64,000 nucleotides of DNA. It comes from Actinomycetota bacterium (lineage in GTDB: Bacteria > Actinomycetota > AC-67). Positions 48,137 to 59,451 of the stretch are shown one piece after another. A program made the translations under genes and the position numbers. Within the stretch, counting starts at the first letter, position 1; every line of letters begins with the position of its first letter. The notes below the pieces were generated by a model that made no database searches, was not told where the DNA came from, and saw only the letters and a list, made by a program, of their open reading frames with translations. The stretch is from contig JBAZZY010000012.1 of NCBI GenBank assembly GCA_041658565.1, positions 5,606 through 69,605 of the forward strand. Reading direction: 5' to 3'.

Positions 48137-48904
48137 ATGCTTGACGTCGAACGCCGCGACAACATTGCCGTGCTGCGGATGGATCACGCGAAGGTAAACG
48201 CATTGGACGCGGAGTTCCTGCGCTCGCTCACTGCCAAGCTTGCCGAAATCGAAGGATCGGATGCCGAGGCGCTCGTTCTAACCGGAAACCACCGCGCTTT
48301 TTCGGCCGGCGCCAACTTGCCGCTGATTCTCGAGGGCGGCGCCGAATACGTTCGGGATAACGTCCCGGTGCTGGGAGAGGCATTCGGCGCGCTGTTCAGC
48401 TTTCCGCGTCCGGTCGTGGCCGCGGTGAACGGTCACGCGATCGCCGGCGGGTGCGTGCTGGTCTGCGCGTGCGACTACAAAGTCATGACCGACGGTGACG
48501 CCCTCGTCGGCATCCCCGAGTTGCGGGTCGGTGTGCCGTTCCCAACGTCGGCGCTGGAGATCATGCGTTTCGCGGTCGGGTCGCAGTTCGTGCAGCAATT
48601 GGTGTACCTGGGGGAGGTCTACGGTCCACAGGAGGGAATGCGGCGCGGTCTGGTCGATGAGGTCGTTGCGGAAGGCGACGTGCTCGCGCGCGCCCTTGAG
48701 GTCGCCGCGCACCTCGCGAGCATCCCGGCGGAGACGTTCGCCCTCACCAAGCGCGCGCTGCGCTACCCGGTACTGTCGCGCATCGAGCGCGACGCGCCGC
48801 GCTTCGACCCAGATGTCGTCAGGTTGTGGGCGTCGGACGAAGTACTCGCGTCGATGCAGTCCTTCGTGGATGAAGTCATCGGCGCGCGCCGCGCCGCACC
48901 CTGA
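48137..48904 (+). CDS. Enoyl-CoA hydratase/isomerase family protein
   Basis: FSAGANL, AVNGHAIAGG, PELRVG. Confidence 0.9.
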   Translation: MLDVERRDNIAVLRMDHAKVNALDAEFLRSLTAKLAEIEGSDAEALVLTGNHRAFSAGANLPLILEGGAEYVRDNVPVLGEAFGALFSFPRPVVAAVNGHAIAGGCVLVCACDYKVMTDGDALVGIPELRVGVPFPTSALEIMRFAVGSQFVQQLVYLGEVYGPQEGMRRGLVDEVVAEGDVLARALEVAAHLASIPAETFALTKRALRYPVLSRIERDAPRFDPDVVRLWASDEVLASMQSFVDEVIGARRAAP

Positions 48905-49016
48905 TCGGTTGCGCTCCGGTTGCCGTCCGGCGTCTTTACGATTTCGTGTCCGTCAATCGTAGAGTGCAGCGGTCGAGTTGGAACCGAATCCCTCCGCGGT
49001 GAGTCGAAGTGATCAG

Positions 49017-49058
49017 CCGGGTTGCCGCGACCGCCACTCGGGACTTGCGGCAACCCGG
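49017..49058. repeat. 12-bp stem-loop in the leader of the DUF2157-like gene
   Basis: CCGGGTTGCCGC-N18-GCGGCAACCCGG. Confidence 0.5.
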
Positions 49059-49119
49059 TTCGTAGACTTGTTCTTGGGAGTCGGACCGCCGGTCCGGCAG
49101 GACTTGTTCAGGAGGATTC

Positions 49120-50076
49120 GTGGGCGATCGCGAGGAGTTGGGGTCCGCGCTTGAGCGCTGGGTCGATGCGGGGATCATCACGGCGGAGCAACGGTCCGCA
49201 ATCGATCGGCTTGAGGCGCAAGGCGCCCCCGTGCCCGGATCGCGCGTATCCGCGGTCGTCGAGGTCTTCGTCTATTTGGGTATCGCAGCGGTGGTCGGGT
49301 CGGTCGTTGCGTTGCTCTCGCAGTTCTGGTCCGACCTCGGGATGTCCGGCAGGGTCGGGTTGCTTGGAGCTCTCGCGGTGGGCTCCGGCGTCGGCGGTAG
49401 CGCGCTTCGCGGCCGCGAGGCACCGCCACTCGCGCGCGCCTCCGCGATCTTGTGGATGCTGTCCTCGGGGTTCGTCGCCTCGATGGGGGCAACGATTGCG
49501 ACGACGCTGAAGGATCCTAGAGAGGCTGCGACCTTCCTTCTAACCGGTGGACCGGCATTCATTTTGTCCTTGGTGTACTGGCGCGCGGAGCCGCGCGCTG
49601 CGCAGTTATTGGCCGTGATTGCATCCGGCTTGTTCTCCGTCTTCGGGCTGAACGATGCAGCGGCCGCGAACCCCGGTGCGTTGCGGGTCGGGCTTGTGCT
49701 TGCGGTTGCGGGCGCGGTGCAGGTGGCGTTGGCGCGCGCCGGACTCCTTGCCCCGACCCATCTAGCCCAGTTGCTCGGGTCCATGCAGGTGCTCATCGGT
49801 CTGTGGATCCCGACGTTCGACGACAAGGTCGCGATGGAGGCCGTCGGCATCGTGGCGTCGCTCGGCTTCCTGTGGCTGTCGGTGCAGTGGCGCGCGGTCG
49901 GCCTGCTCGCTGCTGGAGCCGTCGGGCTGTTTACTTTCGTGTCGGGGTTCGTCTTGCAGCACCTCGCGGATTCCCTCGGCGTCCCACTGGCGTTGCTTCT
50001 CGCGGGGGCCGCACTGATCGGGGCGGCGATCCTGGTCGGCCGCCTCCAACCGCTGGTCCGCAGTCAACAGGACTGA
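49120..50076 (+). CDS. Membrane protein, DUF2157-like
   Basis: LERWVDAGIITAEQ N-terminus and about 10 TM segments. Confidence 0.8.
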   Translation: MGDREELGSALERWVDAGIITAEQRSAIDRLEAQGAPVPGSRVSAVVEVFVYLGIAAVVGSVVALLSQFWSDLGMSGRVGLLGALAVGSGVGGSALRGREAPPLARASAILWMLSSGFVASMGATIATTLKDPREAATFLLTGGPAFILSLVYWRAEPRAAQLLAVIASGLFSVFGLNDAAAANPGALRVGLVLAVAGAVQVALARAGLLAPTHLAQLLGSMQVLIGLWIPTFDDKVAMEAVGIVASLGFLWLSVQWRAVGLLAAGAVGLFTFVSGFVLQHLADSLGVPLALLLAGAALIGAAILVGRLQPLVRSQQD

Positions 50077-50179
50077 TCCCGGCAAAACGAATCACGCTTC
50101 CCGGCAGGAAACCACCGCGCGCGCGAGGAACTACTGCCCGAATCACAGGGTGAGGGATGAATCGGGGAGGAGCTTGCGC

Positions 50180-52627
50180 ATGCGAGTGTTCCGGAGTTCA
50201 CATCTGTCGTCGACGCGCCGCCCGCGCGGTATTGCGGCGCTGCTGGCCGTCGCGTTGGTGCTTCCGCTGGGCGTCGCGGGGGTGACCCGCGCCGCCGGTG
50301 ATCAGTACTCGGCCAAGATCCGGTGGACCTCCCACGGGATACCGCACATCGTCGCGGACGATTTCGGCGGCATCGGCTACGGCTACGGGTACGCGTTCGC
50401 GAGCCAGAACCTCTGCGTAATCGCCGACGACTACGTGACCGTCAACGCTCAGCGCTCCAAGTACTTTGGGCCCGACGCCGGTTACACCATCGCTGCCAAC
50501 GACGCTTCTCCGACGAACCTGCAAAGTGACTTCTTCTGGCAGAACATCATCGATGAGGGCACCGTCGACCGGCTCCTGGCTCAGGAGCCGCCGCTGGGTC
50601 CCGTGCAAGGAGTTCGCGACGGTATTGCCGGCTACGTCGCCGGCTACAACCGGTACCTCGACGAGACGGGCGTGGACGGCCTTCCCGACCCGCGGTGCCG
50701 CGGGGCGGAGTGGGTTCGTCAGATCACCGAGAAGGACGTCTACCTTCGTTTCTTCCAGTTGATGTTGCTCGCTAGTTCGGGCGCTCTTATGGAGGGCATC
50801 GTCGATGCCCAGCCGCCGCTGACGGCAACGGCCGCGATTCCTCAGGCGCGGCTGTCGGCGGCGTTGCGGAAGTGGGACGGGACCGGACTGCCGGGTCTGA
50901 AGACCGATCGACTCGGCAGCAACGCCTACGGACTCGGCAAAGATGCCACGGACAACGGTTTGGGCATGGTGCTGGGGAACCCGCATTTCCCGTGGGATGG
51001 TCCCGAACGCTTTTACCAAACGCAGTTGACGATTCCGGGCGTCGTTGACGTCGAGGGCGCCAGTTTGTTTGGAGTTCCGCTGATCCTGATCGGCCACAAC
51101 GAACACGTCGCCTGGAGCCACACGGTTTCAACCGCGTGGCGCTTCACGCCGTACGAACTCGCTCTCGTGCCCGGCTCGCCGACCAGTTACATGTACGACG
51201 GCGAAGTCCGTCAGATGACCAGTCGCACGGTCGCGGTCAAGGTGAAGCTTGCCGACGGGACGCTTGCGGATCGCACGCACACTTTCTGGTCTACGCACTT
51301 CGGCCCGATGTTCGCAGGCATTCCCGCCACCGATTCCCCGGTGGGTCCGATCAATATCTTCAACTGGACGCCGACGACCGCCTACGCGCTTCGCGACGTG
51401 AACATACAAATGCGGGCGCTCAACCAGTTCTTCGGCATGAATGCCGCGACTTCCGTCGAGGACCTAAAGCACGTCACCGACACCTATCAAGGGATTCCGT
51501 GGGTGAACACCACGGGAGCCGACGACACCGGTACCGCCTACTACGCCGACCACTCGGTCGTTCCGCACGTCACCGACGCGCAGATTACCGAGTGCGTTAA
51601 CGGGCTCGTCGGAAAGGCTGTTTGGGAACTCGCGGCTCTGCCGGTGCTCGATGGGTCTCGCTCGCTATGCGAGTGGGGTAGTGATTCCGACGCCGTCGTG
51701 CCCGGGATCTTCGGGCCCGGCCATCTTCCCTGGATGTTCCGAGACGACTACACGCATAACTCCAACGACAGCTACTGGCTGACGAATCCGCGCCATCCGC
51801 TGGAGGGCTACCCGCGAATCATCGGCAATGAGCGTACGCCGAGGACGTTGCGCACGCGCGTGGGGCTGCGAATCCTCGAGGACCGTCTGGCCGGAAACGA
51901 CGGGCGTCCCGGGCGTCGCTTCACGATCACGGACTTGCAGGAACTGGCCTTCGGCAATCGCCAGTACGCCGGCGAGCTGTTCCGTGACGCGGCGGTGACC
52001 ATGTGCCGCAAATACCTTGGACCGACGGACATCAAGGCCGCGTGTCCGGTGATCGCGGCGTGGGATGTGCACGACAACATCGACAGCGCCGGCGCCGTGC
52101 TTTTCCGCCGGTTCGTCGAGCGCGTTTTGCCGCTGGATCCCTACACGACGGCGTTTGATTTCCGCGATGCGGTCAACACCCCGAAGGGACTCGACACGTC
52201 GGACCCGCAGGTGCAGCAAGCCCTGGCCGATGCGGTTGCCGATCTGCAGGGGTCCGGGATACCTCTCGACGCGAAACTGGGGGATTACCAGTACGAGATG
52301 CGCGGTGACGTCAAGATCCCGATCCACGGCGGTCCCGGGCAGCTGGGTAACTTCAATGCCATCGGCAACGCCGGTGGATGGCAGCCGGGCGAGGGCTACC
52401 CCGATATCGACTTCGGGTCGAGCTTCGTGATGACCGTGCAGTTCACGGGGGAGTCGTGCCCGGTACGCGGCGGAACCTGGATCACCTACTCGCAATCGTC
52501 CAACCCGGAATCGCCGTTCTTCGGCGACCAGACGTCGATGTTCTCGCGCAAAGAGTGGAACCCGATACGTTTTTGCGAGCAGGACATTGCGTCCGATCCC
52601 GCGTACTCGGTCGTCAACCTTTCGTGA
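50180..52627 (+). CDS. Secreted Ntn acylase (PvdQ/aculeacin-A/penicillin acylase family)
   Basis: HGIPHI, GYGYA, GSN (catalytic Ser), [22 protein letters not shown]. Confidence 0.92.
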   Translation: MRVFRSSHLSSTRRPRGIAALLAVALVLPLGVAGVTRAAGDQYSAKIRWTSHGIPHIVADDFGGIGYGYGYAFASQNLCVIADDYVTVNAQRSKYFGPDAGYTIAANDASPTNLQSDFFWQNIIDEGTVDRLLAQEPPLGPVQGVRDGIAGYVAGYNRYLDETGVDGLPDPRCRGAEWVRQITEKDVYLRFFQLMLLASSGALMEGIVDAQPPLTATAAIPQARLSAALRKWDGTGLPGLKTDRLGSNAYGLGKDATDNGLGMVLGNPHFPWDGPERFYQTQLTIPGVVDVEGASLFGVPLILIGHNEHVAWSHTVSTAWRFTPYELALVPGSPTSYMYDGEVRQMTSRTVAVKVKLADGTLADRTHTFWSTHFGPMFAGIPATDSPVGPINIFNWTPTTAYALRDVNIQMRALNQFFGMNAATSVEDLKHVTDTYQGIPWVNTTGADDTGTAYYADHSVVPHVTDAQITECVNGLVGKAVWELAALPVLDGSRSLCEWGSDSDAVVPGIFGPGHLPWMFRDDYTHNSNDSYWLTNPRHPLEGYPRIIGNERTPRTLRTRVGLRILEDRLAGNDGRPGRRFTITDLQELAFGNRQYAGELFRDAAVTMCRKYLGPTDIKAACPVIAAWDVHDNIDSAGAVLFRRFVERVLPLDPYTTAFDFRDAVNTPKGLDTSDPQVQQALADAVADLQGSGIPLDAKLGDYQYEMRGDVKIPIHGGPGQLGNFNAIGNAGGWQPGEGYPDIDFGSSFVMTVQFTGESCPVRGGTWITYSQSSNPESPFFGDQTSMFSRKEWNPIRFCEQDIASDPAYSVVNLS

Positions 52628-52695
52628 CGACTGGCAGTAGCCCCGGTTCGTCTGCTCCAATGAGGACAACGTTGGACAGGGGGGGACATCTAGAC

Positions 52696-53715
52696 ATGGG
52701 ACGTGGACGGGATCCGGTTCCGGATCGGAACTTGGCGATGGAGATGGTCCGCACAACCGAGGCGGCCGCACTCGCCGCCGCGCGCTGGGTGGGCCGAGGC
52801 GACAAGAACGGTGCCGACCAGGCCGCTGTTGACGCCATGCGGTTGATCTTCAATACGCTTCACATCGACGGCGTCGTCGTCATCGGCGAAGGCGAGAAGG
52901 ACGAAGCGCCGATGTTGTATAACGGCGAGCACGTCGGCACCGGTGAGCCGCCGCACGTGGACGTCGCGGTGGATCCGATCGACGGCACTCGTCTGACTTC
53001 GCGCGGCGAGGGGAACGCCTTGTCGGTGGTCGCCATCGCCGAGCGAGGAGCGATGTTCGATCCGGGTCCGTGTGTCTACATGGAGAAGATCGCCGTCGGG
53101 CGTCAGGCTGCCGGCGCGATCGACATCACCGCCTCCATAGAAGACAACATGCGCAACGTTGCCAAGGCGCGCGGGATGGAGGTGTCGGACCTCACCGTGA
53201 CGATCCTGGACCGCGATCGCCACGCAGATGCAATCGCGAGCGTGCGCGCGCTCGGCGCGCGCGTACGTCTGATCTCCGACGGCGACGTCGCGGGCGCGAT
53301 CACGGCTGCAAAGCAGGGCACCGGCGTGGACATGCTCTACGGCATCGGCGGAACGCCGGAGGGTGTGATCACCGCGGCAGCGCTCAAGTGCCTGGGCGGC
53401 GAGATCCAAGGGCGCCTGTATCCGCGGAACGACGAGGAGCGTCAAGCAGCGATTGCCGCCGGATACGACCTCGGCCGGGTTCTCACGACCGACGATCTGG
53501 TGCAAGGCGAGGACGTGTTCTTCGCCGCGACGGGAGTGACCGACGGCGTGCTGCTCGAGGGCGTGCGCTACTCGGCCAACGGAGCGACCAGTCAGTCGAT
53601 GGTCATGCGCGCGCGCTCGGGAACCGTCCGAGTGATCAGTTCCGAGCACCGGTGGTCGAAGCTGATGCACATCTCGCACATCGACTACCGAGGCCTGCCT
53701 CCCGTCCAGGGCTAA
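52696..53715 (+). CDS. glpX: Class II fructose-1,6-bisphosphatase
   Basis: [44 protein letters not shown]. Confidence 0.95.
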   Translation: MGRGRDPVPDRNLAMEMVRTTEAAALAAARWVGRGDKNGADQAAVDAMRLIFNTLHIDGVVVIGEGEKDEAPMLYNGEHVGTGEPPHVDVAVDPIDGTRLTSRGEGNALSVVAIAERGAMFDPGPCVYMEKIAVGRQAAGAIDITASIEDNMRNVAKARGMEVSDLTVTILDRDRHADAIASVRALGARVRLISDGDVAGAITAAKQGTGVDMLYGIGGTPEGVITAAALKCLGGEIQGRLYPRNDEERQAAIAAGYDLGRVLTTDDLVQGEDVFFAATGVTDGVLLEGVRYSANGATSQSMVMRARSGTVRVISSEHRWSKLMHISHIDYRGLPPVQG

Positions 53716-53748
53716 ACGCGTTAGGGGCGGGGAAGCGGCGTCCGGTGG

Positions 53749-54537
53749 TTACCGCGCGCCGTTTCCCCGCCGCCGAGCGGCCCACATCCCAACCGCGATC
53801 CCAGAGGCGAACAGCCCGAGGCCTCCGACGGTTGACGGGATGCCGATCAGCAGCGCGCGCCTGCGAGTTCGCAGCTCATGAATCGGCCATCCGCGGGCGC
53901 GCGCCAGACGACGCAACTTCGGCTCCGGGTTTACCGCGTGCGCGTGCCCTACAGCCTCCAACAGTGGCAGATCGTTGATCGAGTCCGAGTACGCCGCGCA
54001 CTCGGTCAGGTCGAAGCCCTTCTCCACCGCGAGCGCCTCGACGGCTTTGGACTTCTCGGGGCCATGCAACAGGGGTCCCGCGAGCTTGCCCGTGTAGCAC
54101 CCCGCGTCGTCCAGCTCCGAGCGCGTGCCGAGCGCGCCGGTCATCCCGAGTCCCTCGGCGATCACCTCGGCGATCTCCAGCGGCGTCGCCGTAACCAGGT
54201 ACGTCTCGTGTCCAAGCGACTCATGGTGCTGAATGATTCGCACCATGTCGGCGTAGACGCGCGGCAGGATGCGCTCGCGCGCGATCTCGACGCCCAACTG
54301 ATGCAGTTCCTCGCGGTGTCTGCCCTTGACGAACCCGAGCGCGAACTCCTGGATGTCGTCCACGAGTCCCATCCGTTCGCTGCCGGTGAGCCGGAAGGTG
54401 ATCTGGCCCCACGCGAAAGACGCGATGCGTCGAACTCGGATGAAATCCCGTTCGTACATCCCGCGCGCGAGCAGGTACAGGCTCGACCCGGGGATCACCG
54501 TCTTGTCGCAGTCGAAGAACGCCGCGCGCTTTGTCAT
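53749..54537 (-). CDS. HAD-IB family hydrolase (SerB-like)
   Basis: FFDCDKT, VTATP, K, AYSDSINDLPLL, AVNP. Confidence 0.9.
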   Translation of the reverse strand: MTKRAAFFDCDKTVIPGSSLYLLARGMYERDFIRVRRIASFAWGQITFRLTGSERMGLVDDIQEFALGFVKGRHREELHQLGVEIARERILPRVYADMVRIIQHHESLGHETYLVTATPLEIAEVIAEGLGMTGALGTRSELDDAGCYTGKLAGPLLHGPEKSKAVEALAVEKGFDLTECAAYSDSINDLPLLEAVGHAHAVNPEPKLRRLARARGWPIHELRTRRRALLIGIPSTVGGLGLFASGIAVGMWAARRRGNGAR

Positions 54538-54547
54538 TGCGACGAGT

Positions 54548-56473
54548 CTACCCCTGCGGCGCCACCGGAATCGACAGATACGAGGCCCGCGCTGCGTCGT
54601 GGTAGACGGAGTTCAGCGTCGGGGAGGTCAGGGTTAGGTGGTTCGGCGTGTCCGAGGATGTGATGTCTACCCGAATACTGTGTCCGGCGCCGAAGGTTTT
54701 GGCGGTCGGCCAGATTTCGATCTGATACTCGCGGACTTCCCCGGGCGGCGGTGGATCCAACGCGGCCGCCGTGTGCAAGTGATACGGCGCGAGGATCTCT
54801 CCGTCGGCGACGATGCTGCGAGAGAGATCGTATGTTCGATGAGACGCGCGCAAGTAGCCCTGCGTCAGCAAGGTCGCGGTTCCGTCGGCTGCGACGTCGG
54901 ACACTTTCACGACGAAGTCGGTGTCGTTGTACGGCGGGGTCGCTTGCAAGACCGGGCCGTCGGCGGGAGTCGGTGGCCGCTCCGCTCCGAGCACCGAAGC
55001 GAACATCTTGAAGCCGATCGGTCCGGCGATTGAGAAGTCCGCGGCAAGCGGTGCGGTTTGGTACGTGAGGCCCTTGCCGGACTCCAAGCGCTGGTCCCAC
55101 TGCGGCTGCGGCGTCCCCGCGGCGTTGTCCCACCGCGACAGCGTCTCGGCCGTGCCTGCCGACGGGTTGAGGGCGTAGAGGTCCTCGGCCTCGCTCGTGG
55201 TCGGCGCATCCGTGCTCAACCGTCCGTCGGCACGAAGGTAGAACCGCTGTACCGACAGATCCGCCGGCGGCCACTGGTCGGTTGTCTTCCACTCACCGTC
55301 GGCGGCGCTCTGCGCGCCGAGCACTCCGGTGCGCATCTGGAAGTAGCGCATGCGCTGCCCGCTCATCCATGACGGCGCGGCGCCGCCGTTCACGCGGTCC
55401 TCGAGCCAGTAGCGGTACCAGCCGACGAGGTCTTCGCGGAATCCTTGGTTTGGATTGATGAAGTGAGTCTGGCCGTGGTTCCAGGGCCCGATGATCAAGT
55501 AGTTGGGTCCGTGCTCGGAGGAGTTCGCGCGCTCCTGTTCGCGTGCGGCGGTGAAGGTCATCAGCTGTCCCCGCGTGAACGCATCGAACCACCCGGCGAG
55601 GTGCAGCGTCGGAACGCGAAGATTCTGAATGCGCGGCAGAATGCTCGAGTCCTCGTACAACTTCTGCGTCCAGCCGGGGTCGGAGTCGTTGCTGGAGAAC
55701 TCCGCGTCGGCGTACGGCGCCATCAAGTAGTTCACGATCATGGGGTCGTTCTTGGTGAGGTGGTCCGTCCAGGCTGCTGAGCCCTGCTCGCTTTGGACGT
55801 CGGTCGGCGGCTCCACGTAGTACGCGGACGTGCCTCCCGACCAGATCTGACCGAAGGAGCCGATCGCGACCCCACCGTGGTAGACGATGTCGCGGTACAA
55901 GTCGCCGTAGGCGCGCTGTGGCGCGACTGTGGCCAGGTGCGGCGGTGCTGCCGGCAGATCGCCCGTGGCAACCTCGGGCAGCGATGCCACGAGGTACTGG
56001 ATGATCCCCGAGTAGGACCCGCCGTACATCCCAACGGTCTCTTCGCACAGCTTGTTGCTGTCGTCATCGGCGAGCGGCGCGCCGTCCTTGGTCGCGCTGG
56101 TCGCGGCCCACTCGATCATGGCTGCAGCGTCGGCCTGTTCGCGAACAGAGAAGACGATGTCGTACTCGCCGCCGGAGCCGCCGGTCCCGCGCGCGTCGGT
56201 CTCGATCAGCGCGATTCCTTGGGCCGGCAAGTGGCCGGCGCCTTCGGCCGCGCGCGTTTCCTTGCGGTACGGCGTCAGCTCGACGACGCACGGGTACAGG
56301 CCGTCACCATCGCCGTCGGCGATGGTGGGGACGTAGATGTCGGATGCGAGCGGGACGCCGTCGTTCATCGCGACGCGAACGTCGGTCAGCTTGACGTAGG
56401 GGTCGGCGGCGGCTGCAACGTTTAGCGTGGTTCCGGCAATGAGGATGACTACGACGGCGGCAAAGCGACGCAC
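54548..56473 (-). CDS. Secreted CocE/NonD (S15-like) alpha/beta hydrolase
   Basis: Signal peptide; TPYRK, RGTGGSGG, GGSYSG, GWFD, GPWNH; C-terminal FYL...GRL and ITSSD. Confidence 0.88.
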   Translation of the reverse strand: MRRFAAVVVILIAGTTLNVAAAADPYVKLTDVRVAMNDGVPLASDIYVPTIADGDGDGLYPCVVELTPYRKETRAAEGAGHLPAQGIALIETDARGTGGSGGEYDIVFSVREQADAAAMIEWAATSATKDGAPLADDDSNKLCEETVGMYGGSYSGIIQYLVASLPEVATGDLPAAPPHLATVAPQRAYGDLYRDIVYHGGVAIGSFGQIWSGGTSAYYVEPPTDVQSEQGSAAWTDHLTKNDPMIVNYLMAPYADAEFSSNDSDPGWTQKLYEDSSILPRIQNLRVPTLHLAGWFDAFTRGQLMTFTAAREQERANSSEHGPNYLIIGPWNHGQTHFINPNQGFREDLVGWYRYWLEDRVNGGAAPSWMSGQRMRYFQMRTGVLGAQSAADGEWKTTDQWPPADLSVQRFYLRADGRLSTDAPTTSEAEDLYALNPSAGTAETLSRWDNAAGTPQPQWDQRLESGKGLTYQTAPLAADFSIAGPIGFKMFASVLGAERPPTPADGPVLQATPPYNDTDFVVKVSDVAADGTATLLTQGYLRASHRTYDLSRSIVADGEILAPYHLHTAAALDPPPPGEVREYQIEIWPTAKTFGAGHSIRVDITSSDTPNHLTLTSPTLNSVYHDAARASYLSIPVAPQG

Positions 56474-56542
56474 AGGGGGCTCCCTCCCTCGGTGACTGCG
56501 TACCGCCTAGGTTCGCGCTTGCGAGCGTGATTCCTTCCGGAG

Positions 56543-58597
56543 TCAGTCGTCGGAAGCAAGCAAGGGAAGTAGAAGTCCGGCCGAGGACAGAGTTGCGATC
56601 CAGGTTGCGCCGACCAGGCCGCCGCGCGCCGCCAGAGCGAGCACCACTGCCGCCGCAGCGGCCGTCGCGAGTGCGGCGCGCGTGTACGGGCGGCCCCACA
56701 TCCCGCGATCGATCAGCGTTCCGCGCCGTTGTCGCAGGATCACCGCCGGGGCTGCGCACGCAGCAATCGCGATCGGCCAGATGGTGAACACCGTGATGTT
56801 TGCGACCGAGTCGATGATGCCGGCGAGGATTCTTGCGACACCGCCGACCGTTGCGACGCTCGCGTCCGCCGGCAGGGCGATCGCGCGCTCCAGGGCCAGC
56901 AGCCCTGCGGCGGCGACCGCCGCGGCAGCGACACCGAGGTACGCGGGCGCGCGCCGGCCGGCGCGCGCCACGAGCATGGCTCCGGCCGCGACGGCCAGGA
57001 CTCCGAATGCAGGTCGCGCTCCGAATCTGGAGGAGCCGAGCATCACTGCTGCGACGGCGAAGGACACCGACGTGATCACCTTCGCTCGCCGCAGCGCGCT
57101 CGCGCGATCGAGCGCGAACCCCGCCGAGACAAGTCCCGCACCGATGACGACGCCCGCGATCCCGGCGTCGGCGCCTCCCGCGCGCGCGCCCGCTGCAATA
57201 GGGAACCCCACCCCGGCGCCGAGCAGTCCCGGAAGGGCGAGATCGACCAGCGGGAGTGCTGCCGAGGCGATGGCTGAGCCCAGCAGCGCGCGCTCGCGTC
57301 CGAGTGTGATGCGTGCGATCAACGCGAACGCAACGGATGCGATGACGGGAATCAGCACGGCCACAGCGGTCGCCGCGCGCGCGTCGGCAATCGAGGTCGG
57401 GATCGGGAGAGATGTTGCGGCCGGCAGTGCGACCACCGCAACGAGTCCGGTAGCCACCGCGTCGCGCAAACCTCGCGGCAGACGTCCGCGCGCGGCGGGA
57501 CGGCCGCGACCCGAGGCGATCGTTAGAAACGCCACCAGCACGAACGCCATCGCGATCGCCAGCGCGGTGCGCGTGAGTGGGCGGCGCGCGCGCGCCGCAG
57601 CAACCAGATCTCGCTCCAGACCCTCTACGGCGGCGTGCGCGTTCGTCCGGGGTCGCACCGTGATCGCGTGTCCCGTCATGTCGGCGGGAATCGCGATGTC
57701 GAGCGCTGCCAGCATCGTCGGCCCGAGGTCGGCGATCGAGGCGAATCCGTCGCGCCGGGTGGTTTGGCTGCGCAGCACTCCCGGTGGTCCGGTCATCGCA
57801 ATCGCTCCCAGGTGAACCCCTGCGGCAATGCGACTTCGCGACGGCGTGGGCGAGACGACTAGGACCGAGTCCCGCGCGCCGGCGAGCGCCCGCAGCTGCC
57901 CGAGCACAACATCGGCGCGGCGCATCGCCAAATCCATCCAGGGCTTCCGCGTAGCCGGATCGAGACCGAACTCGCGCTCGACGCGCGCACCGTCACCGAA
58001 GTCCACCAGAACCAGATCGCTGCGCTTGAGCGCACCCAGGGTCGCTTCGCGCAATGCTGCGAGATCAACCCGGCGGCCGGTGGGGAATCGCGAGTCGGCG
58101 CGCATCGCGAACGTGATAGGCACCGGTGCCGGTACTTGGTCGGCGCAGCCGAACACGCGGGCGATCCGTTCGGTTACGCCGTCGTCGGCTGTTCCTGCCA
58201 GGATCTCGGCCGTGCGGCCGGCGGCGGACAGGGCGCGCGCCAGTGTGCTGCCGTTTCGCCGCGCTGCGGCACCGAGGGATTCCGGATACCGGTCGCCGCA
58301 GACCGTTCCGCCGACGGCTTCGGCGGCGCGCGCGCGCGCCAAGGGGGTTCCCGCCGCACCGCCGCGCGCGCGCGCCGCGAGGAGCCCCACCGCGCCGTTC
58401 TTCAGGAACGCCTGGAAGTTCGGGAGGTTCGGCGCCGACCAGTCGCCCAGGTCCGTGCCGTCGAGCCACAGCACGATCACTCGCGCGCGCGCCTCGGGCT
58501 CTTGTGCGAGCGCGGGTGATACGGGCATGAATGCGATCCCGGCCGCGGTCAGCGAGGCGATGATCGTGCGCGCGCCGCGGAGCCGTGAGGTCTTCAC
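56543..58597 (-). CDS. Membrane protein with N-terminal alkaline-phosphatase-like extracellular domain
   Basis: Signal peptide; VIVLWLDG..NLPNF; SIADLGPT; C-terminal half is multi-TM. Confidence 0.6.
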   Translation of the reverse strand: MKTSRLRGARTIIASLTAAGIAFMPVSPALAQEPEARARVIVLWLDGTDLGDWSAPNLPNFQAFLKNGAVGLLAARARGGAAGTPLARARAAEAVGGTVCGDRYPESLGAAARRNGSTLARALSAAGRTAEILAGTADDGVTERIARVFGCADQVPAPVPITFAMRADSRFPTGRRVDLAALREATLGALKRSDLVLVDFGDGARVEREFGLDPATRKPWMDLAMRRADVVLGQLRALAGARDSVLVVSPTPSRSRIAAGVHLGAIAMTGPPGVLRSQTTRRDGFASIADLGPTMLAALDIAIPADMTGHAITVRPRTNAHAAVEGLERDLVAAARARRPLTRTALAIAMAFVLVAFLTIASGRGRPAARGRLPRGLRDAVATGLVAVVALPAATSLPIPTSIADARAATAVAVLIPVIASVAFALIARITLGRERALLGSAIASAALPLVDLALPGLLGAGVGFPIAAGARAGGADAGIAGVVIGAGLVSAGFALDRASALRRAKVITSVSFAVAAVMLGSSRFGARPAFGVLAVAAGAMLVARAGRRAPAYLGVAAAAVAAAGLLALERAIALPADASVATVGGVARILAGIIDSVANITVFTIWPIAIAACAAPAVILRQRRGTLIDRGMWGRPYTRAALATAAAAAVVLALAARGGLVGATWIATLSSAGLLLPLLASDD

Positions 58598-58601
58598 GGT
58601 C

Positions 58602-59438
58602 TCAGCCGCGCGCCAGCGCGGTCACCAGCCCGGCCACCATCATCAAGAAGCAGTAGATGCCGAACGGCCGAAGTCCCCGACGCTGAATGGTTCCGATGAA
58701 CCAGCGCACCGCCAGGAACCCTGAGATCGCCGAGGACGCGATCCCGATTGCGAACGCTGTGCCGGCGCCGGTGCCGAAGCCTTCGTTCATGATGCTCGGC
58801 GTCTCGGCCAGGGCGGCTCCAAAGATGATCGGAATCGACAGCAGAAAGGAGAAGCGCGTTGCTCCCACGCGGCTCAGGCCCATGCGCATCCCGGTTCCGA
58901 TCGTGGAGCCGGAACGCGAGATCCCGGGAAGAATCGAAACCGCTTGCGCAAAGCCGACCGCGAGCGCGTCGGCAGTTGTGAGTTCGGTTTCCGGTCGTCC
59001 CGAGATCGCGCCCGGAACCGTCTCGGCCTCGCGCGTCTCGACGATCGTTTCGGTGGACATCAAGAAGTAGCCGGTCACCCCCAGCAGCAGGGACACGAGC
59101 ACCGGTCGCTCGAAGGCTCCACCAATGACCTTCTCCAGCGTGATGCCGATGATCGCGGCGGGAATCGTGCCGATCACGATCATGCGAAGGAGCGAGCGAT
59201 CCGATTCCGGCGCGCGCTTCCACCCCAGTGCGGTCCGCGCAAGCATGGCGATCTCGGCACGAAACACGGCGGCTACCGCGACCAGGGTTCCGATGTGAAC
59301 CGCGACGGCGAAGGCCAGCGTCGGCGCCGGCCATCCTGCTATGAACGGAACCAGCGTCAGATGCCCGCTCGACGAGATGGGTAAGAACTCGGTTAGGCCT
59401 TGGACGATGCCAAGGATTAACGCTTGAAAGACGCTCAT
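58602..59438 (-). CDS. uppP: Undecaprenyl-diphosphate phosphatase
   Basis: QGLTEFLPISSSGH, PGISRSG, FSFLLSIP. Confidence 0.96.
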   Translation of the reverse strand: MSVFQALILGIVQGLTEFLPISSSGHLTLVPFIAGWPAPTLAFAVAVHIGTLVAVAAVFRAEIAMLARTALGWKRAPESDRSLLRMIVIGTIPAAIIGITLEKVIGGAFERPVLVSLLLGVTGYFLMSTETIVETREAETVPGAISGRPETELTTADALAVGFAQAVSILPGISRSGSTIGTGMRMGLSRVGATRFSFLLSIPIIFGAALAETPSIMNEGFGTGAGTAFAIGIASSAISGFLAVRWFIGTIQRRGLRPFGIYCFLMMVAGLVTALARG

Positions 59439-59451
59439 TTATGCGAGGGTA

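Noticed and set aside
49040-49060. CGGCAACCC resembling a SAM-I/SAM-IV riboswitch core
   Set aside because: Other conserved elements (ATC.AGAG, GGTGC) are absent; the sequence is simply one arm of a hairpin.
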